Shown here: piece after piece, positions 29,992 to 42,020 of the stretch
Layout: each line of letters opens with the position of its first letter
Numbering within the stretch: position 1 is the first letter of the stretch
NCBI RefSeq assembly: GCF_024223415.1
Contig: NZ_CP100500.1
Source of the DNA: Escherichia coli
GTDB lineage: Bacteria > Pseudomonadota > Gammaproteobacteria > Enterobacterales > Enterobacteriaceae
Reading direction: 5' to 3' (one strand)
DNA length: 64,000 bases
Notes under the pieces: generated by a model
What the model saw: the letters and a program-made list of their open reading frames with translations, nothing else
Told to the model about the DNA's origin: nothing
The model's database searches: none
Translations under genes and position numbers: made by a program

Positions 29992-32900
29992 TTACTCGGT
30001 TACCGTTTGTTTAGGTTTACGCGAAAAACGCAGCCGCAGACGGTCGAAAAAGAGATACACCACCGGCGTGGTATACAGCGTAAGGAGCTGGCTCATTACC
30101 AGTCCGCCGACAATGGTGATCCCCAGGGGTTGCCGCAGCTCCGAGCCGTCGCCGCCCGACAATACCAGCGGCAGCGCACCAAACAGCGCCGCCAGGGTAG
30201 TCATCATAATCGGGCGAAAACGCAGCAGACAGGCCTGGAAAATAGCTTCCTGCGGCGTCAGGTTACCGTGCCGTTGGGCTTCAAGCGCAAAATCGACCAT
30301 CATAATGGCGTTTTTCTTCACGATGCCGATTAATAGCATGATCCCTATCAGGGCGATTAGGCTGAACGGGGCATTGAACAGCTCCAGCGCCAACAGCGCT
30401 CCAACGCCCGCCGAGGGCAGGGTGGAGAGAATCGTCAGCGGATGTACGTAACTCTCGTAAAGGATACCCAGCACGATATACACCGTGGCGATGGCGGCGA
30501 TAATCAGGATCACCTGCGAGTTCATCGTCTCCTGGAACACCTGCGCCGTGCCGGCAAAACTGCCGCGCACCGTCGAAGGCACACCAAGCTGGGTCATTGC
30601 GCGATCGATCGCCGCACTGGCGTCCGAGAGCGATTTTCCGGTCGGCAGGTTAAACGAAATGGTCGAGGCCGCCGATAATCCCTGATGATTCACCGATAGT
30701 GGGGCATTCGCCGGTTGCCATTTAGCGAAATACGACAGCGGGATCGCTTTGCCTTCGTTATTGATAACGAACATTTTTTCCAGCGCACTGATGTCCTGGG
30801 TATAGCGCGGATCCACTTCCATCACCACTTTATACTGGTTCATCGGCTGGTAAATGGTCGAGATTTGCCGCTGACCGAAGGCGTTATTTAACAGACTGTT
30901 GGCGGCTTGTACGTCGATTCCCAGCCGTGCCATGGTGTCGCGGTCGTAAACCAGATTCATCTCCGCGCCGTTATCCTGCTGATCGGAGTTCACGTCCGCC
31001 AGTTCCGGCAACGTCGCCAGTTTTTTGCGGATTTTCGGCTCCCATTCTCGCAGTGCCGCCAGGTCGTCGGATAACAACGTGTACTGGTAGCTGGCGTTCG
31101 ACTGACGCCCACCAACGCGAATATCCTGTACCGCCATCAGGAACAGATTCGCCCCCGGTTCTTTCGCCAGTTTTACGCGCAGACGGTCGATAATTTGCTG
31201 CGCCGTTTCGCTGCGTTCGTCGCGTGGCTTGAGGGTGATAAACATCATCCCGCTGTTCACTCGCGAACCGCCTGTAAAGCCGGTGACATTATCCACTGCC
31301 GGATCGTCACGGATAATTTTCATGAAATCCTGCAACTTACCGCGCATCGCCTGAAACGAAATACTCTGATCCGCCTGAATCCCGCCCATCAACACGCCAG
31401 TGTCCTGCTCCGGGAAGAAGGTTTTCGGGATCGAGATATACAGCCAGATATTCAGCGCAATGGTGCCAAGCAGCACCACGCCCACCAGACGGGTATGATT
31501 GAGCACCCATTTCAGTGACTTGCCGTAGCCTTGTTGCAGGGCTACCAACATGCGACCAAAACCACGCAGTCGCTTTTGCTCGCGCGGCTTGCTGGCTTTC
31601 AGCATCCAGCCACACATCATTGGCGTTAATGTCAGAGAAACCAGCAACGATATACCAATGGCGACAGAAAGCGTCACGGCAAATTCGCGTAACAGTCGGC
31701 CCGGCAATCCGCCCATCAACAGCAGCGGCAGGAACACCGCCACCAGTGACAGACTCATCGACAGCACCGTAAAACCGACTTCGCGAGTACCTTGCAGTGC
31801 GGCTTGCAACGGTTTCATTCCCGCTTCCAGATGACGTGCAATGTTTTCCAGCACCACGATGGCGTCATCCACCACGAAACCAGTAGCGATGGTGAGCGCC
31901 ATTAACGAAAGGTTATTGAGACTGAATCCGCACAGGTACATCGCCGCAAACGTACCAATCAGCGAAACCGGCACCGAAACGGCGGGAATAATAGTGGCGC
32001 GACCCGAGCGCAGGAATAAAAACACCACCAGAATCACCAGCGCCACCGAGATAATCAGCGTTTGCTCGACTTCTTCCAGCGAGGCGCGAATGGTGGGGGA
32101 GCGATCCTGGGCAATTTGCAGATCAATCGCCGCCGGAATGGTTTCCTGCAACTCCGGTAATTTTGCCCGGATGCTGTCAACCGTCTGGATAATATTGGCT
32201 TCCGGCAGTTTGCGGATCATCAGTAAAATAGCCGGTTTGGCGTTGGTCATCCCGGCGTTGCGCACATCCTGCACTGAGTCGGTCACCGTCGCCACATCGC
32301 CCAGACGAACCGCGCCGCCGTTGTTGTAGTGAATAATCAACGGCTGATATTCAGCGGCGGTTTTTAGCTCATCATTGGTCTGGATCTGCCAGCGGTGAGT
32401 GCCATCTTCCAGCGCGCCCTGCGGTTTACGCACGTTGGCATTGCTGACGGCGGTGCGTACGTCGTCCAGCGACACGCCCTGATTAAACAGCGCCTGCGGA
32501 TTCAGCCCGACGCGTACGGCGGGCAGTGAGCTGCCTCCGACATCGACATCACCAACACCGTCGATTTGCGAAATCGTCGGAGCCAGCTGCGTCGAGGCGA
32601 AATCGTACAGTTCACCCTGCGAATAAGTATCGGACGTCAGCGTGAGGATCATAATTGGTGCATCCGACGGGTTCGCTTTGCGATAGGTCGGGCGGCTGGG
32701 CATCCCACTGGGCAGCAAACTTTGTGCAGCGTTGATCGCCGCCTGCACATCACGCGCTGCGCCGTTGATATCCCGGTCAAAATCAAACTGCAAAATAATA
32801 CGCGTGCTGCCGAGCGAACTGCTGGAGGTCATTTCACTGACTCCGGCAATGCGCCCAAGTGAGCGCTCCAGCGGCGTGGCAACGGAAGACGCCATTGTTT

Positions 32901-33069
32901 CTGGTGACGCACCGGGCAGCGAGGCGCTGACCATAATCACCGGAAAATCGACCTGCGGCAGCGGGGCGACCGGCAGCATACGGAAGCCCAGTATGCCGCA
33001 CAGGGTAATGGCAACCGACAGTAAAATCGTCGCCACCGGACGGTAAATGAAGAGGGCAAAAAACTTCAC
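29992..33069 (-). CDS. mdtC: RND multidrug efflux pump subunit
   Basis: 1025 aa RND permease. Confidence 0.95.
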   Translation of the reverse strand: MKFFALFIYRPVATILLSVAITLCGILGFRMLPVAPLPQVDFPVIMVSASLPGASPETMASSVATPLERSLGRIAGVSEMTSSSSLGSTRIILQFDFDRDINGAARDVQAAINAAQSLLPSGMPSRPTYRKANPSDAPIMILTLTSDTYSQGELYDFASTQLAPTISQIDGVGDVDVGGSSLPAVRVGLNPQALFNQGVSLDDVRTAVSNANVRKPQGALEDGTHRWQIQTNDELKTAAEYQPLIIHYNNGGAVRLGDVATVTDSVQDVRNAGMTNAKPAILLMIRKLPEANIIQTVDSIRAKLPELQETIPAAIDLQIAQDRSPTIRASLEEVEQTLIISVALVILVVFLFLRSGRATIIPAVSVPVSLIGTFAAMYLCGFSLNNLSLMALTIATGFVVDDAIVVLENIARHLEAGMKPLQAALQGTREVGFTVLSMSLSLVAVFLPLLLMGGLPGRLLREFAVTLSVAIGISLLVSLTLTPMMCGWMLKASKPREQKRLRGFGRMLVALQQGYGKSLKWVLNHTRLVGVVLLGTIALNIWLYISIPKTFFPEQDTGVLMGGIQADQSISFQAMRGKLQDFMKIIRDDPAVDNVTGFTGGSRVNSGMMFITLKPRDERSETAQQIIDRLRVKLAKEPGANLFLMAVQDIRVGGRQSNASYQYTLLSDDLAALREWEPKIRKKLATLPELADVNSDQQDNGAEMNLVYDRDTMARLGIDVQAANSLLNNAFGQRQISTIYQPMNQYKVVMEVDPRYTQDISALEKMFVINNEGKAIPLSYFAKWQPANAPLSVNHQGLSAASTISFNLPTGKSLSDASAAIDRAMTQLGVPSTVRGSFAGTAQVFQETMNSQVILIIAAIATVYIVLGILYESYVHPLTILSTLPSAGVGALLALELFNAPFSLIALIGIMLLIGIVKKNAIMMVDFALEAQRHGNLTPQEAIFQACLLRFRPIMMTTLAALFGALPLVLSGGDGSELRQPLGITIVGGLVMSQLLTLYTTPVVYLFFDRLRLRFSRKPKQTVTE

Positions 33070-36000
33070 TTACGCCTCCTCTTCATGACGGGCAAAGCGG
33101 CTTTTGGTCCACAATGCCAGGCGGTCGAACAGCAGATAAATCACCGGCGTGGTGAACAGCGTCAGCACCTGGCTGACAATCAGGCCGCCGACCATGCCGA
33201 TACCTAACGGACGACGCAGTTCCGCGCCGACCCCGGTACTCAACATCAGCGGCAGCGCGCCAAGCAGAGCCGCCAGGGTGGTCATCAGGATCGGACGAAA
33301 ACGCAACAGACAAGCCTGGTAGATTGCCTCGCGCGGCGACATGCCTTGCTCGCGCTCGGCAGCCAGCGCGAAGTCGATCATCATGATGGCGTTCTTCTTC
33401 ACGATACCGATCAGCAAAATAATGCCGATAATCGCAATCACATCCAGTTCGCTACCAGCAATCAGCAACGCCAGCAGTGCGCCAACCCCTGCGGTGGGTA
33501 GCGTCGAGAGAATGGTGATCGGGTGAATAAAGCTCTCGTACAGAATGCCGAGCACGATATACATCGCCACCACCGCCGCGACAATCAGCCAGACAGTGCT
33601 GCCCAGCGCCGACTGGAAGGCGAGGGTGCTGCCCTGGAACTGCGTGGTGATATCCACCGGCAGATTCAGCGTCTTTTCGGTGTCCATAATCGCCTGCACC
33701 GCATCGCCCAGCGAATAGTTATCCGGCACGTTAAAGGAGATGGTCGTTACCGGGAACTGATCCAGATGGTTGATGGAGAGCGGCGCAAAACGCTGCTCAA
33801 TTTTGGCAATTGAGCTTAGCGGCACCACGCCGCCGTCGCTGCTGGTCAGGCGAATGGTATCCAGCGCCGCGAGGCCTGGGGTATTTTCGGTGTTGTGCTC
33901 CAGCACCACGCGATACTGGTTGGCCTGAGTATAAATAGTGGAAATCAGCCGCTGACCAAACGCGTTGTACAGGGCGTTATCGACATCCGCCATGCTGATC
34001 CCCAGACGGCTGGCGCTGTCGCGATCAACATTGACATACGCCACCAGCCCTTTGTCCTGCCAGTCGCTGGAGACATCAGAAAGCTGTGGCAGTTGCTGGA
34101 GTTTTTCCATCAACTGTGGCACCCAGGTACTGAGCGCATCCAGTGACGTGGCCTGCAAGGTAAACTGGTACTGGGTGCGGCTGACCTGAGTATCAATAGT
34201 CAGATCCTGCGTTGGTTGCAGGAAGAGATCGACGCCCGGCACTTTATCTACCGCCGTTTGCAGACGGGCGATGACTTTTTGCACCCGATCATCACGTTCA
34301 TCCAACGGTTTGAGGTTGATTTGTAAACGTGCACTGTTCAGCGACGGGTTAGTGCCATCAACGCCAACAAATGAGGTCAGGCTTTGCACTGCCGGATCCT
34401 GCAAAATCACGTCCGCGACCTGGCGTTGTCGCTGGGCCATATTGGCAAAGGAGCTGGATTGCGGTGCCTGCAAAGTGCCCTGAATAATGCCATTGTCCTG
34501 TACCGGGAAGAAACCTTTCGGAATGAACACCCACAGCAGCACGCTAAGCAGCAGCGTGCTGAGTGCCACGCTTAAGGTCAGCCACGGATGATTCAGCACT
34601 TTCGCCAGTCCACGACCATAGGCGGCGATTATCCTGTCGAACATTTTTTCCGAGGCACGGGAGAAGCGGTTCTGTTTACGCAACGACTCCTGGCTGAGCA
34701 TCCGCGCGCACATCATCGGTGTCAGGGTCAGCGACACCACCGCTGAGATCAAAATCGCTACCGCCAGGGTAATAGCAAATTCGCGGAACAGTCGCCCGAC
34801 GATATCGCCCATAAACAGCAGTGGGATCAACACCGCAATCAGCGAGAAGGTCAGCGAGATAATGGTAAAGCCGATTTCACCTGCGCCCTTGAGCGCCGCC
34901 GCCAACGGTTTTTCGCCTTTTTCGATATAGCGGGAAATGTTTTCGATCACTACGATGGCGTCATCGACCACGAATCCGGTGGCGATAGTTAACGCCATCA
35001 GTGTCAGGTTATTGATTGAAAAATCGAGAAACACCATAACCGCAAAAGTGCCGATTAACGACAGCGGTACAGCAACACCGGGAATGATGGTCGCCGGAAT
35101 ATTGCGCAAAAACAGGTAGATAATCATGACTACCAGCGCGATAGCCATCATCAATTCAAACTGAGTATCATCGACGGATGCGCGGATATTGGTGGTGCGA
35201 TCGGAAAGCACTGTCACCTTCACCGATTTCGGCAGACTCTCAGTGAGCTGTGGCAGCATCTGCCGAATGCTGTCGGCGGTGGAGATAATGTTAGCACCGG
35301 GCTGGCGCTGAACATTCATCACAATGGCCTGTTCTTTGTTCGCCCACGCGCCGAGCCAGCTGTTTTCTGCACCTTGCTCTACAGTTGCGACATCGCCCAG
35401 ACGAATTGGCGCGCCGTTCTGGTAGGCGATGATTAGCTGGCGATACTCTTCGGCGGATTGCATCTGGTCGTTCGCGGAAAGCGTGACCGCACGGGAAGGG
35501 CCGTCGAGGCTACCTTTTGCCGAGTTAACGTTAGCGCCGGTAATGGCGGTGCGCACGGTTTCGCTGGTCAGGCCGAGGGCGGCAATCGCCTGAGCGTTAA
35601 GTTTGACGCGAACAGCCGGACGCTGACCGCCGGAAAGCGTCACCAGGCCGACGCCGGAAATCTGCGAGATTTTCTGCGCGACGCGGGTTTCCACCATATC
35701 TTCCACTTGCGTCATCGGCATGGCGGTTGAGGTGACGGCGAGCGTCATGATCGGCGGATCTGCCGGGTTCACTTTGCTGTAAACCGGCGGGTTAGGCAGA
35801 TCGCTCGGTAGCAGGTTAGTGGCGGCGTTAATCGCGGCCTGCACTTCCTGCTCGGCGACATCGAGCGGTAATGTTAGCTGGAACTGTAAGGTGATAACTG
35901 ACGCACCGCCGGAACTTTGCGACGACATCTGTTTCAGGCCAGACATCTGCCCGAACTGGCGCTCGAGCGGCGCGGTAACGGCAGAGGTCATGACATCCGG

Positions 36001-36192
36001 GCTTGCACCTGGGTAAAGCGTGACTACCTGAATGGTCGGATAGTCCACTTCCGGCAGCGCCGAAACGGGCAGGGCGCGATAACCGATAATCCCGGCGAGT
36101 AAGATCGCCACCATCAGCAGCGTGGTGGCGACAGGACGCATAATAAACAGGCGAGACGGGCCGCCTGTGCTGCTCGGGGGTAACACCTGCAT
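33070..36192 (-). CDS. mdtB: RND multidrug efflux pump subunit
   Basis: 1040 aa RND permease. Confidence 0.95.
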
Positions 36193-37439
36193 CAGGAGCG
36201 TGCTCCTTTTTTCGCGTATTCGCGGCTGGTGGCTTTCTCTTCTGGAGTGGTGGCGCTCTGGGCTTCCACCACTTCCACTTTCGCCCCTTCGGTCAGGCGA
36301 TCAATGCCGTCTGTCACCACGCGATCGCCCGCAGAAATACCTGCACGGATCACCACTTTCTGACTGTCCTGAATGCCCGGCGTCACCAGATGTTTGCTGA
36401 CCTTGTTTTCACTATTCAGCACCCAGACAAAATGGCCTTCATTGCCCATTTGCAGGGCGGCTGATGGGATCACTACGGCGTTTTGTTCGGTGTCGACTAA
36501 CATGCGCGCGTTAACAAACTGATTGGGAAACAGCGCATCATCCTGATTATTAAAGCGTGCTTTCACTTTAATCGTACCGGTTGTGGCATCGATTTGGTTA
36601 TCGAGACTTAACAGCGTGCCTTCACTTAATTTCTTCGAGTTGGTGCGATCCCAGGCTTCTACCACCAGCGGTTTTCCGGCTTTCTGCGCCTGCACTACGG
36701 TAGCGATATCGCTTTCCGGCAGGGTAAAGACTAAATCGATAGGATGCGTCTGGGTGATCACCACGATCCCGGTGGTATCACCACTGGAGATTTGGTTACC
36801 AACATCAACCTGCTTGAGACCAACGCGACCATCGACTGGTGCGGTAATCCGGCTCCAGTCGAGTTGCAGCTGCGCGCTGGCAACGCTTGCTTCATCAGCC
36901 TTAATGGTGCCTTCGGTTTCACTGACCAGCGCCTGTTGGGCATCCAGCTCCTGGCGGGAAACGAGATTGGTTTTTGCCAGTTGTTGATAACGCGCCAGGT
37001 CACGGCGGGCGTTGGCAAGCGTGGCTTTATCTTTTGCCAGTTGGCCCTGGGCTTGTGCTAATGCAACTTTGAACTGGCTGGGGTCAATTTCTGCCAGTAA
37101 ATCGCCTGCTTTGACCTGCTGGCCTTCCTGGAAATGTAACGCTATCAGTTGGCCGTCCACGCGGCTGCGCACCGTAACGGTATTAGCGGCGGTAATGGTG
37201 CCAAGCCCGGTGAGGTAACGCGGAACTGCCTGTTCTACGGCGGTCGCCGCCTGAACCGGGGCTAATGGGCCGGAACGCATACCACGGCGACCACCCGCTG
37301 GCGATTGCTGCGCTTGTTTCGTCGCCCCTGGGGCTGCACTCCGGGAGTCATTGCGGCCTTGCCAGAACCAGAATGCGGCGATGGCGGCGATAACCACCAC
37401 GATTACGATTACCCAACGGGATTTATAACTGCCTTTCAT
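36192..37439 (-). CDS. mdtA: RND efflux membrane fusion protein
   Basis: Start at [12 protein letters not shown] (ATG at 37439) giving 415 aa; track ORF is an upstream extension. Confidence 0.9.
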   Translation of the reverse strand: MKGSYKSRWVIVIVVVIAAIAAFWFWQGRNDSRSAAPGATKQAQQSPAGGRRGMRSGPLAPVQAATAVEQAVPRYLTGLGTITAANTVTVRSRVDGQLIALHFQEGQQVKAGDLLAEIDPSQFKVALAQAQGQLAKDKATLANARRDLARYQQLAKTNLVSRQELDAQQALVSETEGTIKADEASVASAQLQLDWSRITAPVDGRVGLKQVDVGNQISSGDTTGIVVITQTHPIDLVFTLPESDIATVVQAQKAGKPLVVEAWDRTNSKKLSEGTLLSLDNQIDATTGTIKVKARFNNQDDALFPNQFVNARMLVDTEQNAVVIPSAALQMGNEGHFVWVLNSENKVSKHLVTPGIQDSQKVVIRAGISAGDRVVTDGIDRLTEGAKVEVVEAQSATTPEEKATSREYAKKGARS

Positions 37440-37669
37440 CGTTAAGAGTTTCTCTTCCTGAAACGTTTCGCGGAATGATACTAGTGTAGCCAGCCAATAA
37501 GGGAGAAAAATGGAGGAATTATGAAACACTATCGGGAATCGTCTGAATGGCGGGCACATTTGCGAGCACGCATCCAGTAATAACACAGGAAACTATTTTA
37601 TCTACGCGTTAGCGATAGACTGCATACAGGGCGAAAGGAGGTAAGCCGCAGATTTCAGCCGGATGCTGA

Positions 37670-37810
37670 AACGGGAAAGCCCCTCCCGAGGAAGGGGCCT
37701 TAAATAAGGAAAGGGTCATGATGAAGCTACTCATCATCGTGGTGCTCTTAGTGATTAGCTACCCAGCATACTAAGACTACCAGGGCGGGGGAAACCCCGC
37801 TCTACCCTCA
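37670..37810 (-). ncRNA. Sib-family antisense sRNA (antitoxin), copy 1, approximate bounds
   Basis: On minus strand: -35 TTGACA (rc of 37839-37844) and -10-like CATACT downstream of ibs stop; hairpin GCCCCTCCCGAGGAAGGGGC at 37679-37699 as terminator; bounds inferred. Confidence 0.45.
37718..37774 (+). CDS. Ibs-family type I toxin peptide (MMKLLIIVVLLVISYPAY)
   Basis: 18-codon hydrophobic ORF with AAGG RBS, below six-frame track length cutoff; resembles IbsA-E peptides. Confidence 0.7.
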   Translation: MMKLLIIVVLLVISYPAY

Positions 37811-37997
37811 CTCCTGAAAGTATGCCTTCACGATAAGATTGTCAATCCGCAGGATTTGCCGTCTGCGATCCTGCCAGCAAAAATTCTTTGCGAGACGTTA
37901 CGCAATAATCACACTGGAAACTATTTTATCTGCAAGTCAGCGATAGACTAAGTGCATGGCGAAAGGAGGTAAGCCGACGATTTCAGCGGGACGCTGA

Positions 37998-38138
37998 AAC
38001 GGGAAAGCCCCTCCCGAGGAAGGGGCCTTAAATAAGGAAAGGGTCATGATGAAGCTACTCATCATCGTGGTGCTCTTAGTCATAAGCTTCCCCGCTTACT
38101 AAGACTACCAGGGCGGGGGAAACCCCGCTCTACCCTCA
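37998..38138 (-). ncRNA. Sib-family antisense sRNA, copy 2, approximate bounds
   Basis: Same promoter and hairpin elements as copy 1 within repeat 2. Confidence 0.45.
38046..38102 (+). CDS. Ibs-family type I toxin peptide (MMKLLIIVVLLVISFPAY)
   Basis: Second repeat copy, 18-codon hydrophobic ORF. Confidence 0.7.
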   Translation: MMKLLIIVVLLVISFPAY

Positions 38139-38327
38139 CTCCTGAAAGTATGCCTTCACGATAAGATTGTCAATCCGCAGGCTTTGTAGTCTGCGATCCT
38201 GCCAGCAAATATTCTTTGCGAGTCGTTACGCAATAATCACAGAGGAAACTATTTTATTCACGCGTTAGCGATAGCCTGCATTCAGGGCGAAAGGAGGTAA
38301 GCCGATGATTTCAGCGGGACGCTGAAA

Positions 38328-38470
38328 CGGGAAAGCCTCTCCCGGAGAAGAGGGCTTTTAATAAGGAAAGGGTTATGATGAAGCACGTCATCATACTGGT
38401 GATACTCTTAGTGATTAGCTTCCAGGCTTACTAAGAACACCAGGGGGAGGGGGAAACCTCTCCCTAACCC
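38328..38470 (-). ncRNA. Sib-family antisense sRNA, copy 3, approximate bounds
   Basis: Divergent copy; hairpin AGCCTCTCCCGGAGAAGAGGGCTTT at about 38335-38358. Confidence 0.4.
38375..38434 (+). CDS. Ibs-family type I toxin peptide (MMKHVIILVILLVISFQAY)
   Basis: Third, more divergent repeat copy, 19-codon hydrophobic ORF. Confidence 0.7.
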   Translation: MMKHVIILVILLVISFQAY

Positions 38471-38654
38471 TCACTCCTGAAATTATGTCACTCCGCCCTT
38501 AGTGTCAATCGACGGCTCTCCGTTCTTGCGAGGCGAATAGCAAAATTTTCTGCGCCGCCGGGCCTAATTCTGAAAGTTTCTTCGTTTGCTCTTATTTCAT
38601 TATTGCAGTCGGTATGATACCGGACCTCAATAATTCTCTAAGAAAGGATTTCTT

Positions 38655-39314
38655 ATGAGCGAACAAATCACGTTTGCCACCAGCGATTTTGCCAGTAACC
38701 CGGAACCACGTTGCCCCTGCATTTTGCTGCTGGATGTTTCTAGCTCGATGAGCGGCAGACCCATTAATGAACTTAACGCCGGATTGGTTACCTTTCGCGA
38801 TGAGCTGCTTGCCGATTCGCTGGCCTTAAAAAGAGTGGAACTCGGTATTGTGACGTTCGGCCCGGTGCATGTGGAACAACCCTTTACCAGCGCCGCTAAC
38901 TTTTTCCCGCCCATCCTGTTTGCCCAGGGGGATACGCCAATGGGGGCCGCCATTACCAAAGCCCTGGATATGGTTGAAGAGAGGAAACGTGAGTACCGCG
39001 CAAATGGTATTTCGTATTATCGCCCGTGGATTTTCCTGATCACCGATGGCGCTCCAACCGATGAGTGGCAGGCTGCCGCCAACAAAGTGTTTCAGGGGGA
39101 AGAAGATAAGAAATTTGCCTTCTTTTCCATCGCTGTTCAGGGGGCGGATATGAAGACGCTGGCACAAATCAGCGTTCGTCAGCCTTTGCCTCTGCAAGGA
39201 TTACAATTCCGTGAACTGTTTAGCTGGTTATCCAGTTCGCTGCGTTCGGTTTCCCGCTCCACGCCGGGAACGGAAGTTGTGCTGGAAGCGCCAAAAGGCT
39301 GGACGTCAGTGTGA
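38655..39314 (+). CDS. yegL: von Willebrand factor A (vWA / TerY-like) domain protein
   Basis: 219 aa; MIDAS motif [11 protein letters not shown]; overlaps start of next gene. Confidence 0.85.
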   Translation: MSEQITFATSDFASNPEPRCPCILLLDVSSSMSGRPINELNAGLVTFRDELLADSLALKRVELGIVTFGPVHVEQPFTSAANFFPPILFAQGDTPMGAAITKALDMVEERKREYRANGISYYRPWIFLITDGAPTDEWQAAANKVFQGEEDKKFAFFSIAVQGADMKTLAQISVRQPLPLQGLQFRELFSWLSSSLRSVSRSTPGTEVVLEAPKGWTSV

Positions 39315-40072
39315 GCTGGCGTCTGGTTTATGCATCCGCTGTTGGAACGTCGCACATTAGCGCTGATTTACCTTGTCAGGATGCCTGCCAGATGCAGGTT
39401 GCCTGGTTAAACGATCAGCAACCATTACTGGTGATGTTTCTTGCTGATGGTGCAGGCAGCGTCTCGCAGGGTGGCGAAGGCGCGATGCTCGCCGTCAATG
39501 AAGCGATGGCTTATATGTCGCAAAAAGTGCAGGGTGGGGAATTGGGGCTTAATGATATCCTCGCCACGGATATTGTGCTGACTATTCGTCAGCGACTTTT
39601 TGCCGAGGCGGAAGCCAAAGAATTAGCAGTTCGCGATTTTGCCTGCACGTTTCTGGGATTGATTTCATCGGCTAATGGCACCTTGATTATGCAGATTGGC
39701 GATGGCGGCGTGGTGGTGGATTTTGGTCACGGTCTGCAATTGCCGCTTACGCCGATGGTGGGTGAATATGACAATATGACGCACTTCATTACCGATGAAG
39801 ATGCCGTTTCCAGACTGGAAACTTTCACCAGCACTGAGCGTGTGCATAAAGTTGCAGCATTTACGGATGGTATCCAGCGACTGGCGTTAAATATGCTGGA
39901 TAATTCTCCTCATGTACCTTTCTTTACCCCGTTTTTCAATGGACTGGCGTCAGCAACGCAGGAACAACTCGATTTATTACCTGAATTGTTAAAGCAGTTT
40001 TTGTCCAGCCCGGCGGTAAACGAGCGTACGGATGATGATAAAACGTTGGCACTGGCGCTGTGGTTACCATGA
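39311..40072 (+). CDS. yegK: PP2C-family Ser/Thr protein phosphatase
   Basis: 253 aa; PP2C-like acidic metal-binding motifs ([14 protein letters not shown]); overlaps kinase start. Confidence 0.8.
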   Translation: MSWRLVYASAVGTSHISADLPCQDACQMQVAWLNDQQPLLVMFLADGAGSVSQGGEGAMLAVNEAMAYMSQKVQGGELGLNDILATDIVLTIRQRLFAEAEAKELAVRDFACTFLGLISSANGTLIMQIGDGGVVVDFGHGLQLPLTPMVGEYDNMTHFITDEDAVSRLETFTSTERVHKVAAFTDGIQRLALNMLDNSPHVPFFTPFFNGLASATQEQLDLLPELLKQFLSSPAVNERTDDDKTLALALWLP

Positions 40073-42009
40073 AACCCACTTTATATACTGCTACTGGTGA
40101 GTGCGTTACGCCAGGCCGTGAACTGGGCAAAGGCGGTGAAGGCGCGGTTTATGATATCAATGAGTTTGTCGATAGCGTCGCCAAGATTTATCACACGCCG
40201 CCACCCGCCTTAAAACAGGACAAACTTGCCTTTATGGCTGCGACAGCTGACGCGCAATTGTTGAATTATGTCGCCTGGCCGCAGGCAACGCTTCACGGTG
40301 GACGAGGCGGAAAAGTTATCGGTTTTATGATGCCAAAAGTTTCTGGTAAAGAACCGATTCATATGATCTATAGCCCGGCACATCGTCGTCAACGTTACCC
40401 TCATTGTGCGTGGGATTTTCTACTCTATGTTGCGCGCAATATTGCTTCATCTTTTGCTACGGTTCACGAGCACGGGCACGTCGTGGGTGACGTAAACCAG
40501 AACAGTTTTATGGTAGGTCGCGACAGCAAAGTGGTACTGATTGATAGCGACTCCTTTCAGATTAACGCCAATGGCACACTGCATTTATGCGAAGTCGGCG
40601 TGTCGCATTTTACGCCGCCAGAGCTACAAACCTTGTCGTCATTTGTCGGCTTTGAACGCACAGAAAATCACGATAATTTTGGCCTTGCGTTGCTGATTTT
40701 TCACGTCTTGTTTGGTGGCCGGCATCCTTATTCTGGTGTGCCGCTTATCTCTGATGCGGGTAATGCGCTGGAGACGGATATTACCCATTTCCGTTATGCC
40801 TACGCGTCAGATAATCAGCGACGTGGTTTAAAACCGCCGCCACGATCGATTCCGCTATCGATGTTACCGAGTGATGTTGAAGCCATGTTTCAGCAGGCAT
40901 TCACGGAAAGTGGCGTGGCAACCGGGCGTCCGACGGCTAAAGCGTGGGTAGCGGCACTTGATTCTCTGCGCCAACAGTTAAAGAAATGTCCCGTTTCGGC
41001 AATGCATGTTTATCCCGCTCATTTGACCGACTGCCCGTGGTGTGCGCTGGATAATCAAGGCGTTATCTATTTTATTGATCTCGGCGAAGAGGTCATTACC
41101 ACCGGCGGGGATTTTGTGCTGGCAAAAGTCTGGGCGATGGTGATGGCGTCAGTAGCACCGCCAGCATTGCAACTGCCATTACCCGATCATTTCCAACCGA
41201 CTGGCAGGCCGCTTCCTTTAGGCCTGTTACGGCGCGAATACATCATTCTGCTTGAGATCGCACTGTCAGCATTATCGCTGCTGCTTTGCGGCCTTCAGGC
41301 AGAACCGCGTTATATTATTTTGGTTCCTGTGCTGGCGGCTATCTGGATTATTGGCAGTCTGACAAGCAAAGCGTACAAAGCAGAAGTTCAGCAACGCCGT
41401 GAGGCATTTAATCGTGCGAAAATGGACTATGACCATTTAGTCCGCCAGATCCAGCAGGTAGGCGGCCTGGAAGGTTTTATCGCCAAACGGACGATGCTCG
41501 AAAAAATGAAGGACGAAATTCTCGGGTTACCGGAAGAAGAGAAACGCGCTCTGGCAGCACTTCATGACACTGCAAGGGAACGGCAGAAGCAGAAGTTTCT
41601 GGAGGGATTTTTTATTGATGTTGCCTCTATTCCCGGCGTTGGCCCTGCGCGTAAAGCGGCGTTACGGTCTTTTGGTATTGAAACAGCCGCAGATGTTACC
41701 CGTCGTGGCGTTAAGCAAGTGAAAGGGTTTGGCGACCATCTGACCCAGGCGGTTATCGACTGGAAAGCGAGCTGTGAACGCCGTTTTGTGTTCAGGCCGA
41801 ATGAAGCGATAACGCCAGCAGACAGACAAGCGGTAATGGCGAAAATGACCGCCAAACGACATCGGCTGGAATCGACGTTGACTGTCGGCGCGACAGAGTT
41901 GCAGCGATTCCGCCTTCATGCTCCAGCACGGACCATGCCGTTGATGGAACCTTTACGTCAGGCGGCAGAAAAACTGGCTCAGGCGCAGGCAGATTTAAGC
42001 CGCTGCTGA
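40060..42009 (+). CDS. yegI: Ser/Thr protein kinase-like protein with C-terminal helix-hairpin-helix region
   Basis: 649 aa; glycine-rich loop GKGGEGAVY, VAKIY lysine, HGHVVGDVNQNS catalytic loop, predicted TM segments, HhH-like GxG repeats near C-terminus. Confidence 0.85.
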   Translation: MVTMKPTLYTATGECVTPGRELGKGGEGAVYDINEFVDSVAKIYHTPPPALKQDKLAFMAATADAQLLNYVAWPQATLHGGRGGKVIGFMMPKVSGKEPIHMIYSPAHRRQRYPHCAWDFLLYVARNIASSFATVHEHGHVVGDVNQNSFMVGRDSKVVLIDSDSFQINANGTLHLCEVGVSHFTPPELQTLSSFVGFERTENHDNFGLALLIFHVLFGGRHPYSGVPLISDAGNALETDITHFRYAYASDNQRRGLKPPPRSIPLSMLPSDVEAMFQQAFTESGVATGRPTAKAWVAALDSLRQQLKKCPVSAMHVYPAHLTDCPWCALDNQGVIYFIDLGEEVITTGGDFVLAKVWAMVMASVAPPALQLPLPDHFQPTGRPLPLGLLRREYIILLEIALSALSLLLCGLQAEPRYIILVPVLAAIWIIGSLTSKAYKAEVQQRREAFNRAKMDYDHLVRQIQQVGGLEGFIAKRTMLEKMKDEILGLPEEEKRALAALHDTARERQKQKFLEGFFIDVASIPGVGPARKAALRSFGIETAADVTRRGVKQVKGFGDHLTQAVIDWKASCERRFVFRPNEAITPADRQAVMAKMTAKRHRLESTLTVGATELQRFRLHAPARTMPLMEPLRQAAEKLAQAQADLSRC

Positions 42010-42020
42010 GCCATTTTCTT

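Larger units (their letters stand above)
37586..38560. repeat. three tandem ~328-bp ibs/sib (QUAD-type) repeats
   Basis: Units beginning AGGAAACTATTTTAT at about 37586, 37914 and 38242 are highly similar; each carries an Ibs-like ORF. Confidence 0.8.

Noticed and set aside
29840-36102. Numerous 60-200 aa ORFs on the plus strand across mdtB, mdtC and mdtD
   Set aside because: All are antisense to long, well-supported efflux pump genes; Arg/Ser/Ala-rich translations without motifs.
37586-38560. Possible CRISPR array suggested by regularly spaced repeats
   Set aside because: Repeat unit is about 328 bp with an embedded peptide ORF and promoter/terminator signals, not 25-50 bp repeats with unique spacers; it is an ibs/sib toxin-antitoxin repeat. 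No cas genes nearby.
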